Source: a virus
Length of the DNA stretch: 64,000 nucleotides
Virus record (IMG/VR): IMGVR_UViG_3300013132_000033
Span: 1 to 64,000 of that record
Reading direction: 5' to 3' (one strand)
Below are positions 1 through 11,200 of the stretch, piece after piece (within the stretch, counting starts at the first letter, position 1; each line of letters begins with the position of its first letter). The notes below the pieces were generated by a model. That model was not told the origin of the DNA. It worked only from the letters and a program-made list of their open reading frames with translations, and made no database searches. A program made the position numbers and the translations under genes.

Positions 1-1
1 A

Positions 2-151
2 GTTCCTGTTCAACCTGTATATGGTGTAGAGAATCGTTATGACGATGTTATAGGATTCTTTAATGGTGATGGTACTCTTACACCAGAAGGTATTGAATGG
101 GCTAAAAACCAAAAATTAAATGGTATTTCATTCGGAGATATTGTACTCTAA
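2..151 (+). CDS. 3' end of a hypothetical protein (truncated at window start)
   Basis: Open frame from nt 2 to TAA at 149-151 (VPVQPVYGVENRYDDVIGFF...GDIVL*). Confidence 0.6.
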   Translation, partial: VPVQPVYGVENRYDDVIGFFNGDGTLTPEGIEWAKNQKLNGISFGDIVL

Positions 152-177
152 TTTAAACTTTAAACAATTTTAAGACT

Positions 178-465
178 ATGTCACAACCTACATCTAAACG
201 TCAAATCGCTGTAAGCGAAACCCTTAAAAATCTTATTGTAACAACTAATACTGAAGTTCGTAAACTTGAAGAAGAAATTAAAATTAAAAGTCAACAAGTA
301 GTAAATTACGTAACTGGTGTTTGTATTAACGATGGTGTTGATCTTCAAAAAGAAGGTATTTACTTTAGCGAAGACTTTCAATCAATTCACGTTTACGACT
401 TACCTGTTAAAGAAGAAAAAGCTGAAGAAGTAAAAACTGAAAAAACTTCTAAAGCTAAACGGTAA
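178..465 (+). CDS. hypothetical protein (coiled-coil, 95 aa)
   Basis: ORF track; AT-rich leader; co-oriented with the late block. Confidence 0.7.
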   Translation: MSQPTSKRQIAVSETLKNLIVTTNTEVRKLEEEIKIKSQQVVNYVTGVCINDGVDLQKEGIYFSEDFQSIHVYDLPVKEEKAEEVKTEKTSKAKR

Positions 466-483
466 GTTTAACTTTAATTAATC

Positions 484-1110
484 ATGCAAAGAAAGACTCA
501 AGAAGAGGTCTGGAAAGAGTATGTACTTAGAACCCTGCGTCAGTTTAGGAGAATCCTTACTACGCAGGGTTCTCATATTGGAGAAGTAATTTCTACCGAT
601 GGTACTGATCTTATTTGGACTACAGCTTCAAGTGGATCATCATTACCAAATCAATCAGGTAATAATGGTAAATACTTGACAACTAACGGTAGCACTGCAT
701 CATGGGCTACCGTTACAATTCCTTCATTAACCTGGGGGTCTTTAACTGGAACGTTATCTAGTCAAACTGATTTACAAGCAGTTTTAGATTCTAAACAACC
801 TGTTAATAGTGTTAATCAACAAACTATAACTACGGTTAACACTACTATTAATTTATCAAACGGTAACATTATTGAACTTACTTTACAATCAAATACTAAT
901 ATTAATTTTACAGGTGGGGAACTAGGTACTTATGTTTTTAAATTAATTCAAGATAATGTTGGTGGTAGACTTATTACATCTTGGCCATCAACTGTAAAAT
1001 GGTCTGGAGGTATTGCTCCAACACTTAGCACAACTGCAAATAAAATTGATATTATTACTTTAGTTAGAACTAGTGATAATTTTTATGGTGCTTACATGTT
1101 AAATTTTTAA
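484..1110 (+). CDS. tail fibre-like / virion accessory protein
   Basis: Phage fibre-type motifs LPNQSGNNGKYLTTNG and WGSLTGTLSSQTDLQ; C-terminal QDxxGGRxITxWP...WSGGxAPTLST...DII module. Confidence 0.6.
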   Translation: MQRKTQEEVWKEYVLRTLRQFRRILTTQGSHIGEVISTDGTDLIWTTASSGSSLPNQSGNNGKYLTTNGSTASWATVTIPSLTWGSLTGTLSSQTDLQAVLDSKQPVNSVNQQTITTVNTTINLSNGNIIELTLQSNTNINFTGGELGTYVFKLIQDNVGGRLITSWPSTVKWSGGIAPTLSTTANKIDIITLVRTSDNFYGAYMLNF

Positions 1111-1113
1111 ACT

Positions 1114-2619
1114 ATGATGGCACCATTACAATACAACCCACAAGTTTATATAAGTAGTATTAATGCTAATCTTAAAAATGGAGTTTTAGAAAGTCCTGAA
1201 CAATTACATTACGATATTGAAAAAACTAAAAGTATTCTTAGTGGATTAAATCCAACTTTTTTAGTACCATCTGCTTATACTTATGTTAATTTACAATTAT
1301 TAAATAATATTCGTACTTATGATATTACATTTTCAAGAAGTTCTGGCGGAGATTCAAGAATTAATAATCAAAATCAAATAGAACGATTACCATATATTAT
1401 TAATAATAATGGTTATACATTATTAAATGGTACAACTGAAACTTCTAATTATACGTTAAGTCCTATAGGTATAACTAATGCTACTAGATTTTTTAACAAC
1501 TCACAATATGTTTCTTTACGCCCAATATTTACAGGAGTTACCGGTAAATACTATACATTTTCTTTTTGGGTAAAATCAAACACTTCTGATACATATAATG
1601 TAACAAATTTAAATAGTAGTGTTTCTATAGGAACTGCTACAAATAATTGGAGTAAAGTATCATTTACAGTTTTATCTCAAAGTATAGCTTCTGAATTTAA
1701 TATATATGTATATAGAGTAAATAATATATGTGATGTTTCAATATGGGGGCTTCAAATAAACGAAGGTACAATTCCTTTACCTACTTTACCTACTTTAGGT
1801 ATTTCAAATAACGCACATTATCCTAGAATTAATTATATTAATAACAGGCCTGTTTTAAACATATTACCTCAAAGAACAAATTTTATATTAAATTCAGAAA
1901 ATCCAGTTACACAAAATATTTCTGTAACAGCACAAGATTATACTATTTCTTTTTATGGTTCTGGAACTATAACATTAAGTGGAGTAGTATCTGCTACATT
2001 AAATGGTACTAATGATACTACTAGAACTGTATATTCATTTACACCTGGTTCAGGAACATTAACTTTAACTATTACAGGAACAGTTAAGTACGCTCAATTA
2101 GAAACTGGTTCTTATGTAACAAGTTATTTTTTATCAACAGGAACAGCAAATACAAGAATTTCTGATACTTTTAGTAAATCTAATATGGTTACAGATGGTA
2201 TTATAGGGACTACTTCAGGATCTTTTTTTATACATATTGTTAATAATATTCCTATAAAAAGAACTTTAACTTTTAATTTTATTTTTGGATTAACTTCTGG
2301 ACCTAATGTTGACGGTTCAGGTATTAAAATAAGACCTGGAGCATCTGATTCTACACAACAACGTTTAGGATTAACTTTTGAAAATGGAGCTTATACTACT
2401 TCAGCAAATGAAGTAAAAATTTTAGCTACCTGGAATGGAAGTGTAATGAATGTGTTTGAAAATGGCGTTAAAGTATATACAGATAATGCTATAACAATTA
2501 CTAATTTTCAATATTTTTCAACGGTATCTCCAACATTACATCCTGTAAATATAGCTGGACTATGGTTTTTACCTAATGTATTATCAGATGCTCAATGCAT
2601 AGAATTAACTAAAATATAA
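1114..2619 (+). CDS. putative tail fibre / receptor-binding protein with beta-sandwich carbohydrate-binding-like domains
   Basis: Thr/Ser/Asn-rich; YTFSFWVK...WGLQIxEG, AQLETGSYVTSY and C-terminal LamG-like 'LSDAQCIELT' motifs. Confidence 0.6.
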   Translation: MMAPLQYNPQVYISSINANLKNGVLESPEQLHYDIEKTKSILSGLNPTFLVPSAYTYVNLQLLNNIRTYDITFSRSSGGDSRINNQNQIERLPYIINNNGYTLLNGTTETSNYTLSPIGITNATRFFNNSQYVSLRPIFTGVTGKYYTFSFWVKSNTSDTYNVTNLNSSVSIGTATNNWSKVSFTVLSQSIASEFNIYVYRVNNICDVSIWGLQINEGTIPLPTLPTLGISNNAHYPRINYINNRPVLNILPQRTNFILNSENPVTQNISVTAQDYTISFYGSGTITLSGVVSATLNGTNDTTRTVYSFTPGSGTLTLTITGTVKYAQLETGSYVTSYFLSTGTANTRISDTFSKSNMVTDGIIGTTSGSFFIHIVNNIPIKRTLTFNFIFGLTSGPNVDGSGIKIRPGASDSTQQRLGLTFENGAYTTSANEVKILATWNGSVMNVFENGVKVYTDNAITITNFQYFSTVSPTLHPVNIAGLWFLPNVLSDAQCIELTKI

Positions 2620-2624
2620 AAATA

Positions 2625-3122
2625 ATGTTTAAAACATATTTAGTATCTTTAATCGCAACTTTAAAAAATTGGTTTGTGCTGCTAGCTAGTATAATTTCAG
2701 CGTTCTTTGCGCCTATAGGTGATTTATTGTATTTTGTTTCTTTAATAGTATTAGTAGATTTTGTCACTGGAGTTATTGCAGCTAAATACAGAAATCAAAA
2801 AAGAAAGTCTAGTAAAATGATGCGTAGTGTATATAAAATTGTATTTTATATGTCAGCATTAATTTTAGCTCAACTGTTTGACAATCAGTTTCAAAAATTG
2901 TTTCATCCCCATATGTTAGCTGTTTTAGTTGATACTGAGTCTTCATCATCATTATTGCAGTTTAAATTCCTTGCTGGATTATCTTTTGTAATTATAGTAC
3001 GAGAATTAAAATCTATTGATGAAAACTGGGAATCTATTTTTAACTGGGGATTTGGTCAAACTATCAGTAATATATATGACAATGTTATGTCTATCGTTTC
3101 ACTTATAAAAATTAAAAAATGA
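2625..3122 (+). CDS. phage holin (Phage_holin_4-like)
   Basis: Several hydrophobic helices; DFVTGVIAA...SSKM...K and ELKSIDEN motifs typical of this holin family. Confidence 0.75.
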   Translation: MFKTYLVSLIATLKNWFVLLASIISAFFAPIGDLLYFVSLIVLVDFVTGVIAAKYRNQKRKSSKMMRSVYKIVFYMSALILAQLFDNQFQKLFHPHMLAVLVDTESSSSLLQFKFLAGLSFVIIVRELKSIDENWESIFNWGFGQTISNIYDNVMSIVSLIKIKK

Positions 3123-3634
3123 AATCATTTGCCATTAAAGTTCTTATCTCAGCATTGAAAATGTTTGACAATGCTATTGTTAGTAAAATCAATAGTGAAT
3201 GGGTTAAGCGTATTGTAGTTCTTTCTATGAAACGTCTTACTCTGTTTGGTGAAGCTCTTGTTGATAATGATCCTAACAACAAAGAACAAATTGAACGTAT
3301 TGCTCGTGAAACATTAGTATCTCCTGAGTTTAGAGATCTTCAAAAACAACTTACTGCAGAAATAGTATCTAAAATTCCTAATCCTAAAGTAGCTGCTTTA
3401 CTTATTGCTACTGAAAATTTACGTGAACAATTCTTTGCTGTATTAGGTGATGATAATACTGCTAACGCTGAACAAATTAAAGACCTTTTTGAGTCTTATC
3501 TTAAATCAGAAGAGTTTGATACTTTAGCTATTAACTTTGCAGAATTACTTGCTGAAAAATATGCTAAAAATGAAATGGCGCGTGAATTTATTGTAAATAT
3601 AGTTCAAAGTCTTGTAGACTCTGACGATAAATAA
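3119..3634 (+). CDS. hypothetical alpha-helical protein
   Basis: ORF track; ATGA overlap with the holin; weak internal duplication (DNDPNNKEQIE / DDNTANAEQIK). Confidence 0.7.
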   Translation: MKSFAIKVLISALKMFDNAIVSKINSEWVKRIVVLSMKRLTLFGEALVDNDPNNKEQIERIARETLVSPEFRDLQKQLTAEIVSKIPNPKVAALLIATENLREQFFAVLGDDNTANAEQIKDLFESYLKSEEFDTLAINFAELLAEKYAKNEMAREFIVNIVQSLVDSDDK

Positions 3635-3640
3635 ATTATT

Positions 3641-3676
3641 AGGGGAGGTTCCAATATGGAATACTCCCCTTTTTTA
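3641..3676 (+). terminator. intrinsic terminator
   Basis: AGGGGAG...CTCCCCT stem followed by a T run, just after the stop at 3634. Confidence 0.75.
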
Positions 3677-3701
3677 TTATACTCAAATTAACAACTTACC
3701 A

Positions 3702-4223
3702 ATGAATATTTCCGTATCTTTAGATTACGATCAGATTACATTTTCATCGACGTCATTAACTGGTTTTACAGCTACGTCAATGAAATTAAATTATAAAAAA
3801 ACATGTAGCACTTTAAGTGCAGATATACCGTTAACATCTAAAATACCAACTATTAGTAATAATAGTCTCACATTAGCCGTAACAGATTTATTTCCTAACG
3901 ATACTGTATTTCCTGATGGTGTATACTATTTTATACTTACTGTAGCAGGTACTAATTCAAATACTGTAGATGGTACACTTACATTAAGAGGTTGTATTTA
4001 TATAGGTACAACATCAAGATGTAAAGCAGTACTTAAATATAATGAAACAAAAGATGAATTACTACCAATGTTAATTAAAGCACTTGATTTTGCTAATGAA
4101 TGTGATTCATGTGACTGTTCTAAAATGTGTGACATTTATAACAGTTTAATTAGCAAATTAACAACTTCAACTTCAACTTCAAATTCTACTTCAAATGTGT
4201 ATTCTCCCTGCGGATGTGACTAA
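3702..4223 (+). CDS. hypothetical virion protein with Cys-rich C-terminus
   Basis: ORF track; FPDGVYYF motif; CxxCxC cluster and terminal CGC. Confidence 0.65.
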   Translation: MNISVSLDYDQITFSSTSLTGFTATSMKLNYKKTCSTLSADIPLTSKIPTISNNSLTLAVTDLFPNDTVFPDGVYYFILTVAGTNSNTVDGTLTLRGCIYIGTTSRCKAVLKYNETKDELLPMLIKALDFANECDSCDCSKMCDIYNSLISKLTTSTSTSNSTSNVYSPCGCD

Positions 4224-4449
4224 AGTAAAGTGTTTATTCTTTAATAAACTATTAGATTTATTAGCTGATGGTTTATATGGAATTGAATGCGATTCAACAG
4301 CATCCTTAGATATGGTTAAAAATATAATTAACCATTATGATTTTGGATGTTTTTCGGATGACTTTATTCGTAACTTAGTTATTGATGAAGGATCTACCGT
4401 AACACTTTGTGTCAATAAAGATTACTTTACTGCTGCAGAAACGGATTAA
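4195..4449 (+). CDS. hypothetical protein
   Basis: ORF track; fills the gap between co-oriented genes. Confidence 0.5.
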   Translation: MCILPADVTKVKCLFFNKLLDLLADGLYGIECDSTASLDMVKNIINHYDFGCFSDDFIRNLVIDEGSTVTLCVNKDYFTAAETD

Positions 4450-4489
4450 AATTAATCTTTTATCTTTGCGGTAAACTTAACTTAAAATT

Positions 4490-5380
4490 ATGACAAACAT
4501 ACAATCACTTACAGAATATCTACTTGCTAATGGTAAAACGCATAGTTGGCGTGAACTTGCCGAAAAGTTTCAAATTTATTCAGATCTTCCTGTTAATCGT
4601 ATAACTAATAAAAAGAAAGCTGATTTTGTTAGAAGGTTATATGACAAATTACAACCTCCTCCAGGAGTATCAAATTTAATGGAAGAGTTTAAATCATTTG
4701 TTAAAACTAAAAATATAGCTGCTGATATACAACCATATCAAGGAGATCCTAATAATATATTAGTATTGGGAGATAGTCATATTCCTTACAATCATCCTGA
4801 ATATTTTGAATTTGCAAGACATATTCAACGTAAATGGAATTGTGGTAAAATAATTCATATTGGAGATGTTCTTGATTTTCACGCTACTACATATCATCAA
4901 CCACATCCTGATGCTTTATCACCTTATTACGAAATGGAACTTGCTAAAATTGAAATTGAAAAATGGAAAGCAGCGTTTCCCGAAATTGTTGTTACTACAG
5001 GAAATCATGATCGTCGAGTATCTCGTAAAATGTATGATAGTCAAATTAGTAGTCAATGGCAAAAATCTATAGCAGATGTATTAGAAGTTAATTGGCAATT
5101 TGTTAATGATTATGTATATAATAATATTTATTTTTGTCATGGTGAAGGAGTGACTGCAAGAGTAACTGCAGTACAAAAACAAATGTCTGCTGTTCAAGGA
5201 CATCGTCATAGTGAAAGTTATATTGATTTTCCAGCTAAAGGTTTATTTGCTGTACAAACACCAATAGGTGTTAACAGAAATAGTTTAGCGTTTAATTATG
5301 GACGTATGGACCCTAGAGAATGGTTGATTGGTGTAACTGTAATACTTGATTCTAAAACACCTATAATTGAAAGATTATGA
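4490..5380 (+). CDS. calcineurin-like metallophosphoesterase
   Basis: GDSH, GDVLD, GNHD, HG and GHRH motifs. Confidence 0.9.
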   Translation: MTNIQSLTEYLLANGKTHSWRELAEKFQIYSDLPVNRITNKKKADFVRRLYDKLQPPPGVSNLMEEFKSFVKTKNIAADIQPYQGDPNNILVLGDSHIPYNHPEYFEFARHIQRKWNCGKIIHIGDVLDFHATTYHQPHPDALSPYYEMELAKIEIEKWKAAFPEIVVTTGNHDRRVSRKMYDSQISSQWQKSIADVLEVNWQFVNDYVYNNIYFCHGEGVTARVTAVQKQMSAVQGHRHSESYIDFPAKGLFAVQTPIGVNRNSLAFNYGRMDPREWLIGVTVILDSKTPIIERL

Positions 5381-6291
5381 TACTGGAATTGAATAACGGA
5401 TTTAAACATATTGTATTTACAGAACATAATCATACATATGTAGATACAACTACAGGTGAACAAATCATATCAGTTACAACTTTACTTAAAAAATTAAAAC
5501 CTGAATATAATTCAAAGTTTTGGAGTTTATATATAGCATTAAAACGTAATAATATTAAAGTAGCACCAAGATTTCCAGATCATATTTTAGTTGAAGGTAA
5601 ATTATTTACACTTGACGATATTAATATTTTATATAAAGATTTAAACCCTTCAGTTGAAGATATAAAACAAGAGTGGGCAATAGCTAATTTAATAGGTACA
5701 ACATTAGGTACATATTTACATAATAATATGGAATATAAGTTTTTACGTAAAAATATAGATCAATCGTTACCTGAATTTGTTACTGGATTAAATGTTAAAG
5801 ATGCTGTTCGATATATTAAAGCAAGAGAAACATTAAATCAATTAGCAGATAATTTTTACAATGAATTTATTAAAATATATACACCTATTACTACAGAGTT
5901 TATTGTAGGCGATACAGACTTAAAAATAGCTGGTACATTTGATTTACTTGTATATAACAATGAAACTAATGAAATAGAATTATGGGATTACAAAACAGAT
6001 AAAGAAATAAAGTTTAGTTCTGAATACGGTAATAAAATATCTGTTTTTAATATAGATGATTGTGAGTATAATAAATATAGTTTGCAACTATCTATATACA
6101 AATATTTAATTGAAAAAAATACTAATTTAAAAATAAGTAAATGTAATATAGCACATTTTTCATACAGAAAAGAAGAATTTGAAATAATTCCTGTTTTAGA
6201 TTTAACCGAATCTGTAAAAGAATTTTTCAACAATGAACACAATAAATCAATATATTTCGGATCTACGACAGTTAATAAAAGAAAACGGTAG
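5377..6291 (+). CDS. PD-(D/E)xK exonuclease
   Basis: SVTT...GTxLH...E...AGTFDLL...DYKT...YSLQLSIY motifs. Confidence 0.85.
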   Translation: MILELNNGFKHIVFTEHNHTYVDTTTGEQIISVTTLLKKLKPEYNSKFWSLYIALKRNNIKVAPRFPDHILVEGKLFTLDDINILYKDLNPSVEDIKQEWAIANLIGTTLGTYLHNNMEYKFLRKNIDQSLPEFVTGLNVKDAVRYIKARETLNQLADNFYNEFIKIYTPITTEFIVGDTDLKIAGTFDLLVYNNETNEIELWDYKTDKEIKFSSEYGNKISVFNIDDCEYNKYSLQLSIYKYLIEKNTNLKISKCNIAHFSYRKEEFEIIPVLDLTESVKEFFNNEHNKSIYFGSTTVNKRKR

Positions 6292-6913
6292 AGACGATAA
6301 TATTTATACAGATCCTTTTTTATATTCTTTGTTAAATGGTGCAAGGAATATGCTTATTGAACAAACTTTTAATAAAATAAACCATATATCAGAATGGGAA
6401 TGGCAACAATTTCCAGTTAAGCTGGTAAAAGATAAATCACATATGATTGGTTGTGTAACAGTGGGTTGTGATATTTTAAGATCAGAATATAAATTACCAC
6501 GCCCACTGTTAACTAATTTAAAAAGTTTATTAACAGTAACTACATTTAGTTATCATACAATTGATTTTGGTACTGAACAAGATGTAGATTTAAATAAGTA
6601 TAATGATTTTAAAGCTAATAAGCCAGTTGCTACTATTGTAAATGATTATTTGGTTATCTGGAATAATCTTAATCTTAAAATGGTATTAGTATCTGGTGTA
6701 TGGGAAAACATAGTTCAATGGGCAGATATACCACAATGTGATGGTAATGGTGAATATGAACAAACACCGTGTTTTGATATTAAATCTTCACCATTTAAAA
6801 TAAGTGAAACTATGAAATTACCTGTTTATAAAATTGTATTAGATCAATTAAATATTAGTTTTAAACTTAATGAAGATTTAACTAACGATTCTAATTCTGA
6901 AATTAGATCATAA
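6233..6913 (+). CDS. putative crAss-like tail/neck ring protein
   Basis: Position ahead of the IHF-like/ring/muzzle genes as in Crassvirales; synteny-based inference. Confidence 0.5.
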   Translation: MNTINQYISDLRQLIKENGRDDNIYTDPFLYSLLNGARNMLIEQTFNKINHISEWEWQQFPVKLVKDKSHMIGCVTVGCDILRSEYKLPRPLLTNLKSLLTVTTFSYHTIDFGTEQDVDLNKYNDFKANKPVATIVNDYLVIWNNLNLKMVLVSGVWENIVQWADIPQCDGNGEYEQTPCFDIKSSPFKISETMKLPVYKIVLDQLNISFKLNEDLTNDSNSEIRS

Positions 6914-7401
6914 TGAAAAGAGACAAGATGATTACGGAAAAAGATATTTATTATTTTTATCCGTATAAAAAAAATCCTCCACTTACAGGTAAAACCGTAC
7001 CACAACCATACGTCAAAAAAAATGATGTTTCAGATCATAAATATGCTATTACATATGACGTATGGTTGTCTATTATTAATGATTATATTGATGAAGTATC
7101 ACAACTTTTATTTAAAGGTAAAATAGTAAAAACACCTAATTTCTTAGGTACATTTCAACTTAAAAAATATCAACTTAAAAAACTGGTACATTGGGGGAAA
7201 ACTAGACAAGAAGGTAAAATGGTATATATACAAGATTCTGATTTATATAGGATTATTATAAAGTGGAATCGTAATTATAAAATATGTAAATTTAAAAATG
7301 CAGAACATTGGAAGATTAGAATGAACTCTGCGTTTGCTGCTAAAATATATCAAAAAAGTTTAGAAGATCCTGATTATCAGTATAGTATAATAGATGTATG
7401 A
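6913..7401 (+). CDS. crAss-like IHF/HU-like protein
   Basis: Basic; 'GKIVKTPNFLGTFQLKK' resembles the IHF/HU beta-arm entry; conserved position in the crAss tail module. Confidence 0.5.
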   Translation: MKRDKMITEKDIYYFYPYKKNPPLTGKTVPQPYVKKNDVSDHKYAITYDVWLSIINDYIDEVSQLLFKGKIVKTPNFLGTFQLKKYQLKKLVHWGKTRQEGKMVYIQDSDLYRIIIKWNRNYKICKFKNAEHWKIRMNSAFAAKIYQKSLEDPDYQYSIIDV

Positions 7402-8216
7402 CTAGATATACTTCAATTCGTTCAGCATTGAGGTTTATACCTCGCAATTTATATGATAGGTCTACAGATCTTGATTTTCTAACATGGATGTTAGATGGAT
7501 TTAGACAATTAGACTTACCTGTTACTTATGATTCTAAAATTAAATTTATTGAAATTATTAATAATAGAGCAGAATTACCAAAAGATATAAAAGAAATAAA
7601 ACTATTAACATACATGTTTAAAAATCCTAATCAAGAAGATGTAGATGATTTATCAGGTTGTATTACAAATCCTGTAGAAACTACAACAACAGAATCAGAT
7701 ACTAATAATATATGTCAATATACATTAGCATATAAACAGTTTTTAGATTCAAAATATTATAATAATAATTTCATGCCTTTACAATATAAAGGTAATTATG
7801 CTGATAGTATCTTGTGTACTAAATGCCCCAATAGATTTTCACCATGTCAAAATTACTTTTCGGTAGATAAAAATAATATACTACATACTAATATAAAAGA
7901 TGGTTTTTTATGTGTAGATTATTTTACTGAAATGAAAGATGATACTGGTGATTTTTTAATTCCTGATCTTACAGAATTAAAACAATATTTAGCGTACTAT
8001 GCTATGGCTAAACATTGGGAAGAAAGAGCTATGGTTAAAGAACAATCAGCAGATAGAATTGCTCAAGATATGTATATAAAAGCTGAAATATTCTTTAAAA
8101 AAATTCGGGGTATACTTATAATGAGAGGTATTAACCCGAACGATATTACAAATATGCAATTTGATGGATTTAATCAATGGATAAAAATACCTGAAAGATA
8201 TGTCTTTGCTAGATAA
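7398..8216 (+). CDS. putative tail tubular / ring protein
   Basis: Immediately upstream of the stabilisation protein; typical size; synteny. Confidence 0.55.
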   Translation: MTRYTSIRSALRFIPRNLYDRSTDLDFLTWMLDGFRQLDLPVTYDSKIKFIEIINNRAELPKDIKEIKLLTYMFKNPNQEDVDDLSGCITNPVETTTTESDTNNICQYTLAYKQFLDSKYYNNNFMPLQYKGNYADSILCTKCPNRFSPCQNYFSVDKNNILHTNIKDGFLCVDYFTEMKDDTGDFLIPDLTELKQYLAYYAMAKHWEERAMVKEQSADRIAQDMYIKAEIFFKKIRGILIMRGINPNDITNMQFDGFNQWIKIPERYVFAR

Positions 8217-11200
8217 ACAATCAGCCACTCAATTACAAAATGGTTTAAATAAAGATTTAACATTTCAACGTGAAGGAGATGTTACTTATGCTTTAAACGC
8301 AATTCGAGATAGTCATGATGGTGGTAAGTATGATTATCAATCAGAACCAGGTAATGAATTTGCAGCAGTAATTCCTGGTAGTACTATAGTAGGTATAGTA
8401 TATGGTCAAGATGACGAAGTATATTTATTTGCTACAGACGGTAATGATTGTACAATAGGTATATTTAGAAAAAATAAATATACAGAACATGTACGATCCA
8501 GCTTTTTTAATTGGAGTGTAGATAATCCTATTACAGGGCAATCACGAGTTAAAAATGGATGCGAGAGATTAGTATATTGGTGTGATGCTTTAAATAATGA
8601 TTATTTTTATAATTTTGATAAACCTGAAGAATTTAAAACAGGTAATGCATTTGATGTAAACAAGTTTAAACTTGTACCATCTATACTTCCTATAAAAATG
8701 GATTTATTATCTGTTAATAATGGTGGTGGTTTATTACCATTAGGTTCTTATTATTTTCAAGCTGAAATACTTGATGAAAATCAAAATTCATTATACACAA
8801 GTGATGTATCACCTCAAGTAGTTATTTATGATAACTCGACGGCTGAAGATTACAATCGTATAAACGGCGGATTAAATATAGCTCAATATTCAGCAGAATC
8901 TGGGGGGGTACCATTAACTACTAAATCTATATCTTTAAAGTTTTATAATTTAAACCCGGCGTTTAAATTTATTAGAGTCAATGTATTTAGGAAAATTGCA
9001 GGTTCTAATCAATTAGATGGTCATACGGTAGCTGAATTAATATCTATTGGTAACGGTACAGTTAACTGGACGTATAGAGGTTTAAATACAGCGGCTGGAG
9101 ATTTTCCTATTGATGTAAACGAAAAATTTATAGATAATGCTAGATATGATTCTGCTTATGTAATGGAACAAGTGCAAGGTAGATTATTAAGAGCTAACTT
9201 AAAACAAGATGTAAGGGATTATTCTGAATATCAAAACTATGTTAGTAAAATTACAGCTAAATGGGTAGCTAAAGAAGTTGAAGCTAATAATATAGAATCT
9301 GTAGGTAATCCTAAAAATCCTGAAACATATTGGGTAGGTCGTGGATTCCAAGGTGATGAAGTATATATGTTTGGTGTTCAGTTTGTACACAAAGATGGTT
9401 CTATATCACCAGTATTTCCATTAATAGGTAAAACAAGTATTCCAAGTGATACATTTTTATATACAGTAGTTGCTAATACAGTTACATTACCACAATTCAA
9501 TGAAGTATGGTTATCTGATGTTGAACATTTAGGTTATCAAATAGGAAATCAAGTACCATCATGGAAATTTAAAAATGGAGCTATTATCACATCATCTCAA
9601 ACAGTAACACATCCTTATTCTTACGAAGGTGATTTTGGTTTTTATGAAACTGAAGAAACATATCCTGATATTCGAGATTGTAATAATAATTTAATATGGG
9701 GTACTGATGCAGATGATAATGTTATTACAACATCTACTAAAGTTAGATTGTTTCAATTTCCTGATAGACGTATTGTAAGTCATACAAGTATAGACGCTAA
9801 ATATTTAATACCATTAGGTGTAAAATTTAGTGATATAACATATCCTAACAGTGATGTTGTAGGTCATAAATTTGTTTATGCAGAACGTACAGAATTTGAT
9901 AAGACTGTAGTAGATTCTGGATGGGCAGTTAAACCAGAAGTATTAGAAATTGGTATTAAATTAGGTCAATATAGAGTAGGTGGTTCAGCAGAATTTACAA
10001 AAGCTGACCCTTTTAAAAATAGTACTATTGATAGTACTTTTTTACGATACATATCTTCTAACGTATTATATAAACAAAGATTAGGAGCATTTGATTATTA
10101 TAAATTAAATCGTGCTCATAGATTTGATTCTGGGTTAATATCTACTAACGGTGATTTAGATTATGCAAGAACACCATTAAAAGATGGTGGGTTCTTAGCA
10201 TCTGTTATTATGTATATGAAACAAACCAATCATGTACTTACAAGTAGATTAAATCATAAACAATTACAATCTATATTAGTAAAACCAAATACTATAACAG
10301 AAGCTCAAGGATACTTTCCTAAAATACTTGGTGAAGATTTATATACAGGTGATAGTGTTTCTAAAATAAACTATACTTTAGAAAACTCTATTTTACCAGC
10401 TCAAATTACAGATGATTGGCATCTTGGAAATAATACTCAATATGCAGTTAATAACTTTTATGCTTATAAGAAAGCTTTAGTTAACCCATACTCTAATTTT
10501 TTAGTTCGTAAGTATAAATCAATTCATCATAATTATACTACAAGTGTATTTGCGCAAGATAATGTTTATTATGGTGGTGATACTTTAATTACTGAAAATG
10601 CTAATTTTAGAGTAGCTTTTTTTTATAGGACTGCTCAAACTGCTGGTAGTTATATAATGACACCTCTATTTTGTCATCATTATGAAGAACATGATATTAA
10701 TACAGCATTACGTCATGAAGGTACTGGTGAAAACTTTAAGTATTTTAAAATGGGTGATACTGATGAAATTAATTATAATAGGTTAACTTATTATGATGGT
10801 ACAGATAGAGTATTAAATCAACGCAATAATATACAAACACTAAATGTAGAAACTGAATACTATGCTTATAATGATGATTATACAGTTGATAATGTAGAAA
10901 AAAGTAAAGTACCAATACCATCTTCATTTGATTATTGCTCAGATTGTTTATATAACTATCCTAACAGAATTATATTTAGTCCTAAATCATTTGATGAAGA
11001 AGCGTATGATTTATATCGAATATCAAAAATAAACGATTATATAGATATACCTGCTAGTAAAGGTAAAATAACAGGATTAAAATATATTAATAATTATTTA
11101 TTAGTACATACTGAAAATGGATTATTTATATTACAACCTAATCCTCAATCATTTGTTACTGATATTAATAATGTATATATTAGTACAGGAGATTTCTTAG

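Noticed and set aside
4461-4468. Bacteroidota -7 promoter element TATCTTTG before the phosphoesterase
   Set aside because: Plausible, but there is no matching -33 TTTG at the expected spacing
5377-6291. Cas4 as an acquisition enzyme for the array
   Set aside because: Generic phage PD-(D/E)xK nuclease without the Cas4 Fe-S cysteines, located more than 50 kb away
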